NCBI GenBank assembly: GCA_045430275.1
Contig: JAILXU010000002.1
Location: 6,528 to 70,527 of the forward strand
Source: Oceanobacter sp.
Lineage (GTDB): Bacteria > Pseudomonadota > Gammaproteobacteria > Pseudomonadales > Oceanobacteraceae
DNA: 64,000 nucleotides
Direction of reading: 5' to 3'
The translations under genes and the position numbers were made by a program. Numbering within the stretch: the first letter of the stretch is position 1; each line of letters starts with the position of its first letter. The notes beneath the pieces are model-generated. The model was not told the origin of the DNA and made no database searches. It was given only the letters and a program-made list of their open reading frames with translations. This document shows positions 48,930-58,518 of this stretch, one piece after another.

Positions 48930-49880
48930 TCACAGAGCACCGCCACAACTGCTGCCCTGGCCCGCCGTACAGCCATAACAATGACCCGCCACAGCGACCG
49001 GACAGGTGTTCACATCACTTTCCAGCAGGTCTTGCAGATGCCGTTTGCCAGCACCCAGTGGTATCTCCAGTTGCTGGTTGAAATCGCAGTCGTACAAGCG
49101 CCCCTGCCAATCCACACTGACCAGCGAACGACACATCACCTGTTCCAGATTGTCGACCTGATAGCTGTCGCGCAGCAGTTGCATATAGTCCTGAAACTGG
49201 CCTTTGGAAATCAGCGTGGAGCCAAAACGCTTGATCGGCATATTGGCAAGTGCAAACAGATGGTTGAATTCGATATTGAAGTGCTGGCGCAGCTCGCGGC
49301 GATAGTCGGCTTCCAGTTGTTGCTGGTTGGGTGGCAGTGAGGGGCCTTGCGGGTTGTACACCAGATTCAGCGACAAACCGCTGTCAGGCTGGCCATACCC
49401 CAACGCATTAAGCGCCTGCAAACCGGCAATGCTCTTGTCGAAGACGCCCTGGCCGCGCTGCTTGTCGACGTTATCGAGGGAATAACAGGGCAGCGAGGCC
49501 ACCACATCCACACGGTGGTGAGCGAGAAATTCTGCTAAACCCTCCTGCTCTGGTTCAAACAGAATCGTCAGGTTACAACGGTCAATCACCTGCACGCCTG
49601 CTTCCGTGGCCTGCTCCACCAGATAGCGGAAATCCGGGTGCATTTCTGGTGCGCCGCCGGTCAAATCGAGCGTTTTGATCTGGCGTGCTTTCAACACCGG
49701 CACAATCAAATCCAGCGTTTCCCGGCTCATCATTTCGGTACGATGAGGCCCGGCATTGACGTGACAATGCAAACAGCGCTGATTGCACTGATAGCCCAGA
49801 TTGACTTGCAAGGTGTCCAACGGCTGACGCTGCAATGCCGGAAAATCCGTTACTTCCAGCAAGGGTAAAGTGGCGTGCAT
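48930..49880 (-). CDS. arsS: Arsenosugar biosynthesis radical SAM protein
   Basis: LQVNLGYQCNQRCLHCHV, LTGGAPE, DRCNL, LNLVYNP, VMCR, YDCDFNQ, HCYGCTAGQGSSCGGAL. Confidence 0.9.
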   Translation of the reverse strand: MHATLPLLEVTDFPALQRQPLDTLQVNLGYQCNQRCLHCHVNAGPHRTEMMSRETLDLIVPVLKARQIKTLDLTGGAPEMHPDFRYLVEQATEAGVQVIDRCNLTILFEPEQEGLAEFLAHHRVDVVASLPCYSLDNVDKQRGQGVFDKSIAGLQALNALGYGQPDSGLSLNLVYNPQGPSLPPNQQQLEADYRRELRQHFNIEFNHLFALANMPIKRFGSTLISKGQFQDYMQLLRDSYQVDNLEQVMCRSLVSVDWQGRLYDCDFNQQLEIPLGAGKRHLQDLLESDVNTCPVAVAGHCYGCTAGQGSSCGGAL

Positions 49881-49924
49881 AAAGAGGCTCCGGCTAGCGA
49901 CGATTCATCGGGAATATTCCCTTT

Positions 49925-49950
49925 GTCTGACAATAGCCGGGTTTCTTACA
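49925..49950 (-). promoter_or_regulatory. Candidate ECF-sigma promoter of the arsS operon (TGTAAGAAA-N14-GAC)
   Basis: Same motif and spacing as upstream of arsM; GAC lies 45 nt before the ATG. Confidence 0.55.
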
Positions 49951-49973
49951 CTTCAGAGGTGTTTTTTTTCAGG

Positions 49974-51464
49974 TTATTGCTTTGGGTGGCGCAGCAATTG
50001 TTCCACTAACAATCCCAATGTTTGCATCGCCCGATGAGTTTGATCATTCCAGGGATGAGCAATATTCAACCGAATACAGTGATCAAACTGATCGCTGTTA
50101 CTGAACAACCCGCCTGGCACGACTGAAATAGAGCGCTCACGGGCCAGATAATACAGCCGCTCGGCACTGACTGAACGAGGCAATGCCAGCCACATGGTGT
50201 AACCGCCTTTGGGCGTACTGAAACGCGTTTCATCCGGGAAATACTGTTCAATAGCGCCCACAAACTGCGGCAGATTACTGGCCAGTTGACGGCGCAATTG
50301 CCGCAAATGACGGTCGTAGTGACTGTTTTCCAGATACGAATGCACCACCCGCTGTGACAGACTGGAAGAAGAAAACGTAGTGAAGGTTTGCTGATCAATC
50401 ACCTGCTGATACCAGCGCCCCGGCACACACCAGCCAACCCGCAGCCCGGCGGCCAGCGTCTTGGAAAACGACGAGCAGTACATCACCCGACCATCACGAT
50501 CAAACGCCTTGATGGCCGAATAACTGCCATCCGTCTGGGCCTGTTTGCGCGCCGCTGCTGACGTTTCTGCAAAACTGATCTCGCCGTAAATATCGTCTTC
50601 GATGATGCCAACGTCGTACTGCTGGGCCAGCTCGACCAGTTGCTTCTGTTTGGCGGTGGGCATCAGCGCTCCGGTCGGGTTGGAAAAACGCGCTGTCAAA
50701 GCAATCAGACGCACGGGCCACTGGCTCAGCGCCAGTTGCAGCGCTTCCACACTCATGCCGGTTTCCGGGTCGGTGGGAATCTCGATCACCTTCAGCCCCA
50801 TCATGCTGGCCAGTTGCAGAAAGCCGTAATAGCAGGGCGATTCCACCGCCACCAGATCTCCCGGTTTGGTCGCAGCCCTAAGACACAGGGTAATGGCCTC
50901 GGCGCAGCCATTACTGATGATGATGTCGTCACTGACGCAATGAATCCCCGCGTTGCTCATGCGCACCGCCAACTGTTGCCGCAGGCCTTCAAAGCCCGGC
51001 GCAAACTGGTACTCCAGCACCTGCCTCAACTGAAACCGGCTGGTTTGCTGGATATGTCTCTGCAACTGTCGTTGTGGCAACAGGCTTGAATCCGGGATGG
51101 CGGCACCGAAATTCACCAGACTGGGGCGACTCAATTGCGCCAGCATGTTGCTGATCAGCGCCGACTTAGTCACTTCCGACGGCTGTTCTTCCGGACGAGA
51201 CAGAGGCAACTGGGCACGGCGATACTCGGGCCGCCGATTGGAGCACACGTAGTAACCCGACTGAGGCCGGGCACTCAGCCAGCCCTGATCTTCCAATCGG
51301 GCATACGCCTGCGAAACCGTCGAGACACTGACGCCCCGCAACGTGCTCATACGGCGCACACTCGGGACTTTCTGACCGACCGGATACACACCGGCCTGAA
51401 TATCAGCGCTGAGCTGATCGGCCAGTTGCAGATACAAGGGATGTTTCAGTTGTGGATTCAGCAT
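49974..51464 (-). CDS. MocR-family regulator (GntR HTH plus PLP aminotransferase-like domain)
   Basis: LYLQLA, PSVRRM, VSVSTVSQAY, ARPQSGYYV, IEDDIYGE, SSFSKTLAAGLRVGW; start placed at ATG 51464. Confidence 0.92.
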   Translation of the reverse strand: MLNPQLKHPLYLQLADQLSADIQAGVYPVGQKVPSVRRMSTLRGVSVSTVSQAYARLEDQGWLSARPQSGYYVCSNRRPEYRRAQLPLSRPEEQPSEVTKSALISNMLAQLSRPSLVNFGAAIPDSSLLPQRQLQRHIQQTSRFQLRQVLEYQFAPGFEGLRQQLAVRMSNAGIHCVSDDIIISNGCAEAITLCLRAATKPGDLVAVESPCYYGFLQLASMMGLKVIEIPTDPETGMSVEALQLALSQWPVRLIALTARFSNPTGALMPTAKQKQLVELAQQYDVGIIEDDIYGEISFAETSAAARKQAQTDGSYSAIKAFDRDGRVMYCSSFSKTLAAGLRVGWCVPGRWYQQVIDQQTFTTFSSSSLSQRVVHSYLENSHYDRHLRQLRRQLASNLPQFVGAIEQYFPDETRFSTPKGGYTMWLALPRSVSAERLYYLARERSISVVPGGLFSNSDQFDHCIRLNIAHPWNDQTHRAMQTLGLLVEQLLRHPKQ

Positions 51465-51523
51465 GGCTCTCGACGCTCCGTTACGCACACCCGAAAGCTT
51501 ACTCTTCGCTACCACACAGCAAC

Positions 51524-51581
51524 CAGTACAGTTGGTCGTTTTTTTGGCAGTTCAGTTGATTGTTCTGCTCATTCTGTACTG
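51524..51581. promoter_or_regulatory. Candidate MocR operator (direct and inverted 8-mers)
   Basis: CAGTACAG 51524-31, CAGTTCAG 51548-55 and inverted CTGTACTG 51574-81 in the divergent intergenic region. Confidence 0.5.
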
Positions 51582-51669
51582 CCCAAATCCTGACCGACTG
51601 CCGCTGATGTACGCTCGCCCGATCCGTCATTCTGTTTGGCAACCAGCAATCAGAGTGGAGTTTCTGCTG

Positions 51670-52644
51670 ATGTTATCGAGATTACGCACCCCGCTACCAA
51701 CGGGAATCAACCCGGTATCAAACCCGGCATTGCCAGCATTAAGCAGCACCCGGGTATGGGGGTCAGCGCTGTTGGCTATCAGCCTGTTTGCCCTCACCGT
51801 GCCTATGACCAGCACCGCACTGGAAGGCTGGAGCACGCTGTCGATTGGTTCCGGGCGCGGTGTGATCGGTGGTGCCATTGCCATTCTCGCAATCCAGTTT
51901 TCCGGCTGGAAGTGGCCCGACCGACACAGTTTGCTGTGGTTGGCACTGGCCACCCCCGGTCTGGTCTTCGGTTTCCCTTATCTGCTGACCTACGCCCTAC
52001 AAGACGCCAGCAGCGCAGACCTGGGCGTCGTACTGGCGGCTCTGCCACTGCTGACAGCGATCTTCTCCGCAATACTGTCGCGCCAGAATCTGCCTCGGCG
52101 TTTCTGGGGCTGGGCCATTGCCGGAATGCTGGTCAGTTGCGGGTACTTTCTGCTGCAGTCGGACTGGGCCTTGCAGGGACAGAGCCAGAGCACACAACTG
52201 GTGATGCTGGTGGCCTTGCTCAGCGCTTCGTGGGGCTATGCCGCCGGAGCCAAAGCTGCCCGGACACTGGGAGGCTGGCAAACCGTGTGCTGGATGCAGG
52301 CACTCAGCGCACCGCTCTCGGCCATTCTGTTCGGATATTCACTGGGACAACCCGAGTACACGCTGGGCTTGCCACAGGCAGACGCGCTGCTGGCACTGCT
52401 GTATCTGGGTATCTTCAGTCAGTTGATCGGCTTTCGATTCTGGTTCCAGGCACTCGCGGTTGATACCGCTCGCGTCAGCCAGATCCAGCTATTGCAGCCT
52501 CTGATCACCCTTACCGCTCTGGTGCTGTTCTGGAATGCCAGCATCGGTCTGTGTCAATGGCTGGCAGCTCTGGCGATTCTGCTGTGCGTTGTGGGGGCGG
52601 TGAGGATAAAACACGCAGATACTGATGCACCGCAACACGGCTAA
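51670..52644 (+). CDS. EamA/DMT family transporter
   Basis: 10-TM pattern; GFPYLL, AALPLLTA, SWGYAAGA, QIQLLQP; start placed at ATG 51670 after GGAG. Confidence 0.85.
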   Translation: MLSRLRTPLPTGINPVSNPALPALSSTRVWGSALLAISLFALTVPMTSTALEGWSTLSIGSGRGVIGGAIAILAIQFSGWKWPDRHSLLWLALATPGLVFGFPYLLTYALQDASSADLGVVLAALPLLTAIFSAILSRQNLPRRFWGWAIAGMLVSCGYFLLQSDWALQGQSQSTQLVMLVALLSASWGYAAGAKAARTLGGWQTVCWMQALSAPLSAILFGYSLGQPEYTLGLPQADALLALLYLGIFSQLIGFRFWFQALAVDTARVSQIQLLQPLITLTALVLFWNASIGLCQWLAALAILLCVVGAVRIKHADTDAPQHG

Positions 52645-52745
52645 TATTGTTCTGTCACCTGTTTCCTTTATGATCAGCATGGTTTTGAACCAGCTCAGCC
52701 ATGCTGGCCTTATTTGACTCTGTTCATGGAATACAAGGAATTGTG

Positions 52746-55700
52746 ATGGAACAACACTACTCCACATCTTCAATATTTAAAAAATCCCTGCTGGCTGCCG
52801 CCATCGGTACCACGATTGCACTGACAGGCTGTAGCGGTAACAGCAGCAGTGATGATGACAAGAAAGCTTCTGAAGCCAGCGTCTCACTCAGTGGTTACGC
52901 CATCAAGGGTGTGATGATCAATGCCAATATCAAGGTCTATGATCTGGCAACCAATACACTGCTGAAAGAAACCACCACGGATGCACAGGGGCAATATTCC
53001 CTCTCTGACATTACCGTTGAAAGCGAAACCGTCGGTGCCCTCAAGGTGGTGATGACCACCAACACTAACACCACCACCAAATGCGACTCCGCCATTGGCT
53101 GCAGCGATGGCAGCGGCAATGATGTCTCGTTCGGCCAGACCTATGCCTTCCATGATCCCGGCTTTCAATTAACAGCAATTCTGGCTGATCCCAAAGACGC
53201 CACCAGCGCCTCATTGATGGTGACACCACTGACCCATATGTCAGCCGCTCGTATCGAAAAAGAAGGCGTCCTGACCAACGAAGCCATCAGTACGGTTAAT
53301 CGTGAAACGGCTGCCCTGATGGGTCTTGGCAATGTCAACATTGCCACCTTGCAGCCGGTTGATCTGGCCAGCCCGAACAGTGCAACAGCAGACGGTAATG
53401 CCGTTAAATACGGTGCCATGCTGGCTGCCGTTGCGACCGTGGCCAAGGAAAAAGGCCTGTCACTGCAGGATATGGTTCAGCAGCTGTCTGACAACTACGC
53501 CAACAGCAAGGGGCTGAAGTCTCACTCCAGCAACGATCAGGAAACCGACCTGGCAGACTTGTTTGCCGCTGCGGTCGAGTCACTTAATACAGCAGAAAGC
53601 ACGTTCAACATTGACATCGATAACACCGCAGAAGTAGTCATGATGTCAAAACGCAACGATGCCGCTAATGCCACGGTCGATGATGTCACCGTGATCGACA
53701 GCAGCAACACTGGCGAAGTTGATCCAACCCTGACACCACAAGAGCAAGCCACGTTAAAGGGCATGGCGCTGCTGGAAGACCTGAACACATGGAATGACAC
53801 CCAACTGGACATTCGTTCCCAACTGTTGGCTGAAGATGGCGAACTGGCCCAATACGCCAACGATCTGGATATGATCGCCACAGCTGTACAGGAACAAACC
53901 GATCTTGCCCGTGCCTTCAGCACCCTGGCTTACGGATTCACAGAGCAGGAAGTGGTTGAAACAGAAACCCATTGCTCCCAGTGGCATTACGGGACTTGCC
54001 AACAATGGAAAGAATACGAATATTCATGGACGGAAGAACAGCAGAGCGGCATTCTGGCAGGCGTTCCTAATCTGATTCGGGAATTTGCCTACCTGACCAA
54101 CCGGATTGAAGGCAATCACGCTAAACTGGAAGCCACCTTCGACAGTGAGACACAGCGCTACACGCTGACGCTGGATGCCCAGCTGGTCGCCCAATACTGG
54201 GATGAAGAATACTTTGCCGAATCCTACGGCTTTATCTACGGCTATGCTGGTGCCGATATCGATAACACCGGTGTACTGAACATCAGCTACGCCATGAACG
54301 ACGAAGACGAGATCACCGATATTCGTTTCAGTGGCACCTCCGGCTACCCGGAAGATGGCAAGGCCATTGATCTTCAAGCCCTTCAGATGCAACCAACCCT
54401 GTCCCTGGATGATGCGCACTACGCGGTCACCATCTCCCAACTGAGCCTGAACGACACCACAACCACCAGCTTGTTGAACAAGGAACTGGAAGTTGGCATC
54501 AGCTACACCGCGACGGGTGAACTGAGCATGGAGTTTGCCGATCTTGAAAGTATGGCAGAGACCCTGTTCTTTATGGGCGATGGCAGCAGCGGGCTATTGA
54601 ACATGACTCTGACTCTGGATTCCGAAGTTTCAGAGAGCGTTGAAGACGCTGCGGCTGGTGGCTTCTCCCCAGCATCCGGTGAGCTGGACGTGAATGTATC
54701 ATTCAAGCGTGAGTCACTTGAGGCTGAAGCCACGGCTGCAATGACAGCGAAAGTGGATGTCCGTAACAGTAACGGGGACTTTATTACCGGTCAGCTGACA
54801 GGTTCTGGTCAGGCTTCATCCCCGACCAAAGAAAACATCACGGCAGGTGTGAACCTCAGTTTTACCGGCAGCCTATCACAAGGTGTACACGATGCTGATC
54901 ACGCCTTGAATGGTGCCAGCACTCGCTTCGACGGTACGCTGACACTGGATGTTCCTGATATCCAAAACGATCAACTCAGTACCTATACGACCACCTTCGA
55001 TGGCGAATTGAGTGTGCAGGATGCTGCGGGAACCGGTGCTGCTTTTGATGGCAACGCCAAACTGGCGATGGAACACCCCAAAACAGCAAGCGGTCGTCCC
55101 CTCTACTCCGAAAGAGCGAGAAACTACATTGATTATTACTGGTTTAATACAGAGATAGAGACAACCACAGAGGCAACCATTCCAACCGAAGTGGCTCTGA
55201 CTGGCAAACTAACCGCTAGCCGTGAGAATACCACCAAGGCAGAACTGGATATCAAGGCCAGTCTGATGCTGGATAATCTGGCTCCCGTTGTTGAACGCCT
55301 GAACCAGGGCGAAATCAGCGTTGGACATGAGATTGGTACGCCATCCAGCCTGATTGGTGGTGATGCGACCTTGCATGAGCAGGATAATCGCATCACCTTT
55401 GAACCGCGCCGGTATGCAGAAGAAGATCTGATCACCTTGGCAAGCGCATACTCTCAAACACTGGGTTTAACCAATGCACGCTACTTTACCCGCCAATGGG
55501 TTCAAGACGCGGTTTCCGAACTTTCTGTTAATGCCTCAAGTTGCACACCGGATGATGGTGTCTACTTTTGTGCTTTGAATATCACAGAAACCAGCTATTT
55601 GTATTCCAGCCGCAATGCCGAGCCTAAAATTCCGAGGGTTTTCAAAAAACTGCAAAGCATCTCATTTACCACCAGTGAATTTAATGCCGGTGACCATCGT

Positions 55701-56363
55701 TCACCGGCCAAATGGCAAGCCAAAGCCATCGCTGCAGCGGATGAAGATGTGTGGTTATATCGCTCCGTTGCTATTGAATCTGACCAGGGATATGTCTGGT
55801 CAGCAAGCGATGGTGACAGCCTCAATGACGATACCATTCAGCCAATACAAGTCCGGGACTATCAGCTGGTTGATGGCCTTACTGAGACCATTGCCAGCGG
55901 TGAAACCGCTGACAGCTATGTCGGCATTGCAGCCAGCCTTGAAATTGCACTGGATGCCTTTGACTATGAAGATGCATCCATTCAGCTGGTCACCGATCGT
56001 ACCGGCCAGCAAGGTATAGATGGCCAACTGACGTTGAAGTACGGTGATCGTAGCATCGACATGGTATTAATCCTTGAAGATAACCAGCTGGATACCAGCA
56101 AAACAGCTCTTACGATCAGCAACAACGATACCGAGATGAAACTGACCGCTGAATGTATTGATCTGGCTTCCGAAAAACAGACCACAATGAGTGCTCTGTC
56201 CAAGTGTGACAATGACGATCTGAACTTCGGTGGCACCATCACGGTGGATGGCCTTGAAATTGGCAAACTGGAAGACCGCAATGGTCTGCCGGTCTTTGTC
56301 TTTGGCGATGATACCGAGTATCAAATGATCGCAACTCCCGCTTTCCTGATTTCACGTCAGTAA
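52746..56363 (+). CDS. Very large acidic surface lipoprotein of unknown function
   Basis: KKSLLAAAIGTTIALTG-C lipobox, Ser-rich tether, SGYAIKG...NANIKVYD start of first domain; ~1200 aa open frame followed by a terminator. Confidence 0.8.
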   Translation: MEQHYSTSSIFKKSLLAAAIGTTIALTGCSGNSSSDDDKKASEASVSLSGYAIKGVMINANIKVYDLATNTLLKETTTDAQGQYSLSDITVESETVGALKVVMTTNTNTTTKCDSAIGCSDGSGNDVSFGQTYAFHDPGFQLTAILADPKDATSASLMVTPLTHMSAARIEKEGVLTNEAISTVNRETAALMGLGNVNIATLQPVDLASPNSATADGNAVKYGAMLAAVATVAKEKGLSLQDMVQQLSDNYANSKGLKSHSSNDQETDLADLFAAAVESLNTAESTFNIDIDNTAEVVMMSKRNDAANATVDDVTVIDSSNTGEVDPTLTPQEQATLKGMALLEDLNTWNDTQLDIRSQLLAEDGELAQYANDLDMIATAVQEQTDLARAFSTLAYGFTEQEVVETETHCSQWHYGTCQQWKEYEYSWTEEQQSGILAGVPNLIREFAYLTNRIEGNHAKLEATFDSETQRYTLTLDAQLVAQYWDEEYFAESYGFIYGYAGADIDNTGVLNISYAMNDEDEITDIRFSGTSGYPEDGKAIDLQALQMQPTLSLDDAHYAVTISQLSLNDTTTTSLLNKELEVGISYTATGELSMEFADLESMAETLFFMGDGSSGLLNMTLTLDSEVSESVEDAAAGGFSPASGELDVNVSFKRESLEAEATAAMTAKVDVRNSNGDFITGQLTGSGQASSPTKENITAGVNLSFTGSLSQGVHDADHALNGASTRFDGTLTLDVPDIQNDQLSTYTTTFDGELSVQDAAGTGAAFDGNAKLAMEHPKTASGRPLYSERARNYIDYYWFNTEIETTTEATIPTEVALTGKLTASRENTTKAELDIKASLMLDNLAPVVERLNQGEISVGHEIGTPSSLIGGDATLHEQDNRITFEPRRYAEEDLITLASAYSQTLGLTNARYFTRQWVQDAVSELSVNASSCTPDDGVYFCALNITETSYLYSSRNAEPKIPRVFKKLQSISFTTSEFNAGDHRSPAKWQAKAIAAADEDVWLYRSVAIESDQGYVWSASDGDSLNDDTIQPIQVRDYQLVDGLTETIASGETADSYVGIAASLEIALDAFDYEDASIQLVTDRTGQQGIDGQLTLKYGDRSIDMVLILEDNQLDTSKTALTISNNDTEMKLTAECIDLASEKQTTMSALSKCDNDDLNFGGTITVDGLEIGKLEDRNGLPVFVFGDDTEYQMIATPAFLISRQ

Positions 56364-56366
56364 GCG

Positions 56367-56400
56367 AATGCCAGTGTACCCGGTGCACTGGCATTTTTTT
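56367..56400 (+). terminator. Intrinsic terminator
   Basis: AATGCCAGTGTAC-CCG-GTGCACTGGCATT plus T run; one G-U pair consistent with the plus strand. Confidence 0.85.
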
Positions 56401-56740
56401 ATTGCGGGGGCGTATTCTGCTGCGCCTCCAGCAATACCAACAGGCGCTTCTCGTTTTTCATCATTTGCCAGGACAGGAGCACAAACAGCAACAGGCAGAT
56501 GATCAGCATCCAGAACAGAACCGGTAACAACATCGCTGCCGTCGACAGGGTTTCTGGTTCCAACAGGCCGCTTTGCAGTTGTGCGACCACATAGAAAGGG
56601 TTTGCCATGACCGGGTAAACCAGCGCGACCCCAATGCCCATTCCGCCAATCAGTAGCAGCAGCCCCACCGCCACCAGCGGCCAACTGCGATTAAAACGAC
56701 GACGTTGTGTGACAAAATCGGCATCAGTTTGTCGGGGCAT
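56399..56740 (-). CDS. Small two-TM membrane protein
   Basis: Two hydrophobic helices; codirectional with the antiporter and 19 nt downstream of it. Confidence 0.6.
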   Translation of the reverse strand: MPRQTDADFVTQRRRFNRSWPLVAVGLLLLIGGMGIGVALVYPVMANPFYVVAQLQSGLLEPETLSTAAMLLPVLFWMLIICLLLFVLLSWQMMKNEKRLLVLLEAQQNTPPQ

Positions 56741-56758
56741 CCGCTTTCTCCACAGGTA

Positions 56759-58327
56759 TCAGGTGTCAGGCTGACCGATCAGGTGACGGCTTTCGGCTGC
56801 AAAGCCCGCTCCCACTTCCGAGTAGTAGTTGAAGACCACATCTACACCCAGATCCAGCAACTCCTGACGTTCGTCTTCATAGCGGGCAACCGCCGCCACT
56901 TTGCCGCGATAGCCAGACAACCGCAGCATTTCGAGGGTACTTTTGATTTCGAAGTGCGAGGGCAACGCCATCATCACCAACTCAACCTGCTCACCGCAAA
57001 TGCTTTCCCAGAATTCAAGGTCATCGGCGTCCCCGGCAGCCACCCGAAAGCCATCATCTTTCAGTTTTTGAATACGTTCTCCATCGGATTCCACGCCCCA
57101 GACACGCTGGCCCAAATCGGAATCCAGCGCCTGATACGCCCCCTTGCCCACTCGCCCCATGCCGATGATCAGCACTTCTGCACCCTCCGGACGGTCGAAG
57201 TGCGCGTGAGATCCGGCGCGTTCATACCGGTTGATACGATCTTTTTGCATGGCGTACAAATGGTGCGCCCGACGATAGAGAAAGCTGCTGACCACAAACG
57301 ACAGCGACATGGATACAGCAATGATCACCAGCCAGTCTTCGCTCAGCCAGCTATTTTCCACGCTCAGGCTGGCGACGATCAGGCCAAATTCACTGAAGTT
57401 AGTCAGTGCCAATGCGCTCAGGTACGCCGCTCGCCCTGACAGTTTGAACCCGACCAGCAACCCGAAAAACAGCAGGAACTTGGCCACCAGTAACAACGTC
57501 ACCAGCACCACTGGCACAATCATGTCCATGGTTGGCAGGGCGGTAAAACCAATCGACAGGAAGAAGCCAATCAGGAAGATGTCTTTAAAACCAATCAGGG
57601 ATTTATACAGCTCTACGGCCTTGGGGTGAGGAGCCAGCAACATGCCGATCAATAAGGCTCCCAGGTCACCTTTCATCTTGACCAGCTCGAACAGTTCCGC
57701 TCCGCCAAGCGCCATAAAAAACCCCATCAGCGACAGCAGCTCTCCGTGCCCGACACCGCTGAAAACACGATAGATCAGTGGCCGAATCAGCCACAAACCA
57801 ATCAGCCCGAAGGCCCAGACCGACGGTAGCTTGCCCGTCGAGACCACCAGAAAAATAACGGCAACGATGTCCTGAATCACCAGAATGCCCACGGCAATTT
57901 TGCCGTGACGCGCTTTCAGTTCAGACGCTTCCTCCAGCATTTTGATGACACAGACTGTCGAGGAAAAACTCAGTGCGAATGCCACCAGCAAGGTCGTTTG
58001 TAGCGACAGTTCCAGGTAATCGCTGATGCCCACCCAGCCAAACAGCAGCAAGGCGATCACCACCAGTACGCTCCAGATGCCAGTATGTGCCAGGCTGGTG
58101 GCCCAGACTTCCGGCTTCAGCAACGCTTCAACATTCAGCTTGAGACCAATGGTAAACAGCATCAGTGTAATACCGATGGATGCCAGAGTATCCAGGGTTG
58201 CCTCCGGGCTAACCCCCAATGAGTGAAGGCCAAACCCTGCCAAAAGGTATCCCACCAAAGGCGGCATACCCAGTTGCTTCACCGTAAAGCCACACAGAAA
58301 TGCGACCAGAATCCAGAGAAAATCCAT
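56759..58327 (-). CDS. Cation:proton antiporter, CPA2/Kef-like, with C-terminal TrkA-N (KTN) domain
   Basis: LPPLVGY-type start, LMLFTIGLKL, SFSSTV, GILVIQD, LGALLIG, EFGLI, IIGMGRVG. Confidence 0.88.
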   Translation of the reverse strand: MDFLWILVAFLCGFTVKQLGMPPLVGYLLAGFGLHSLGVSPEATLDTLASIGITLMLFTIGLKLNVEALLKPEVWATSLAHTGIWSVLVVIALLLFGWVGISDYLELSLQTTLLVAFALSFSSTVCVIKMLEEASELKARHGKIAVGILVIQDIVAVIFLVVSTGKLPSVWAFGLIGLWLIRPLIYRVFSGVGHGELLSLMGFFMALGGAELFELVKMKGDLGALLIGMLLAPHPKAVELYKSLIGFKDIFLIGFFLSIGFTALPTMDMIVPVVLVTLLLVAKFLLFFGLLVGFKLSGRAAYLSALALTNFSEFGLIVASLSVENSWLSEDWLVIIAVSMSLSFVVSSFLYRRAHHLYAMQKDRINRYERAGSHAHFDRPEGAEVLIIGMGRVGKGAYQALDSDLGQRVWGVESDGERIQKLKDDGFRVAAGDADDLEFWESICGEQVELVMMALPSHFEIKSTLEMLRLSGYRGKVAAVARYEDERQELLDLGVDVVFNYYSEVGAGFAAESRHLIGQPDT

Positions 58328-58518
58328 GAACTAACGTACCTGCTTGTCAAAGCCCGAAGCCGTATTGCCCACAAACGTGGACGCATCGGCGTTCGAGAAA
58401 CGCTGTATAAATAAATCGTGCTGATCACACCGATTCGTGGTGATCGACCCAGGGATGCTCCTCCCACCACACGACGGCGTGCATGGTATAACAATCCGGC
58501 CAGACACGCCCAACCGGA

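Noticed and set aside
48930-49880. Selenoprotein form of ArsS
   Set aside because: No in-frame TGA; all motif positions are Cys
58403-58418. LexA box CTGTATAAATAAATCG
   Set aside because: The right half-site differs from ACAG at two positions and the neighbouring genes are not SOS-type
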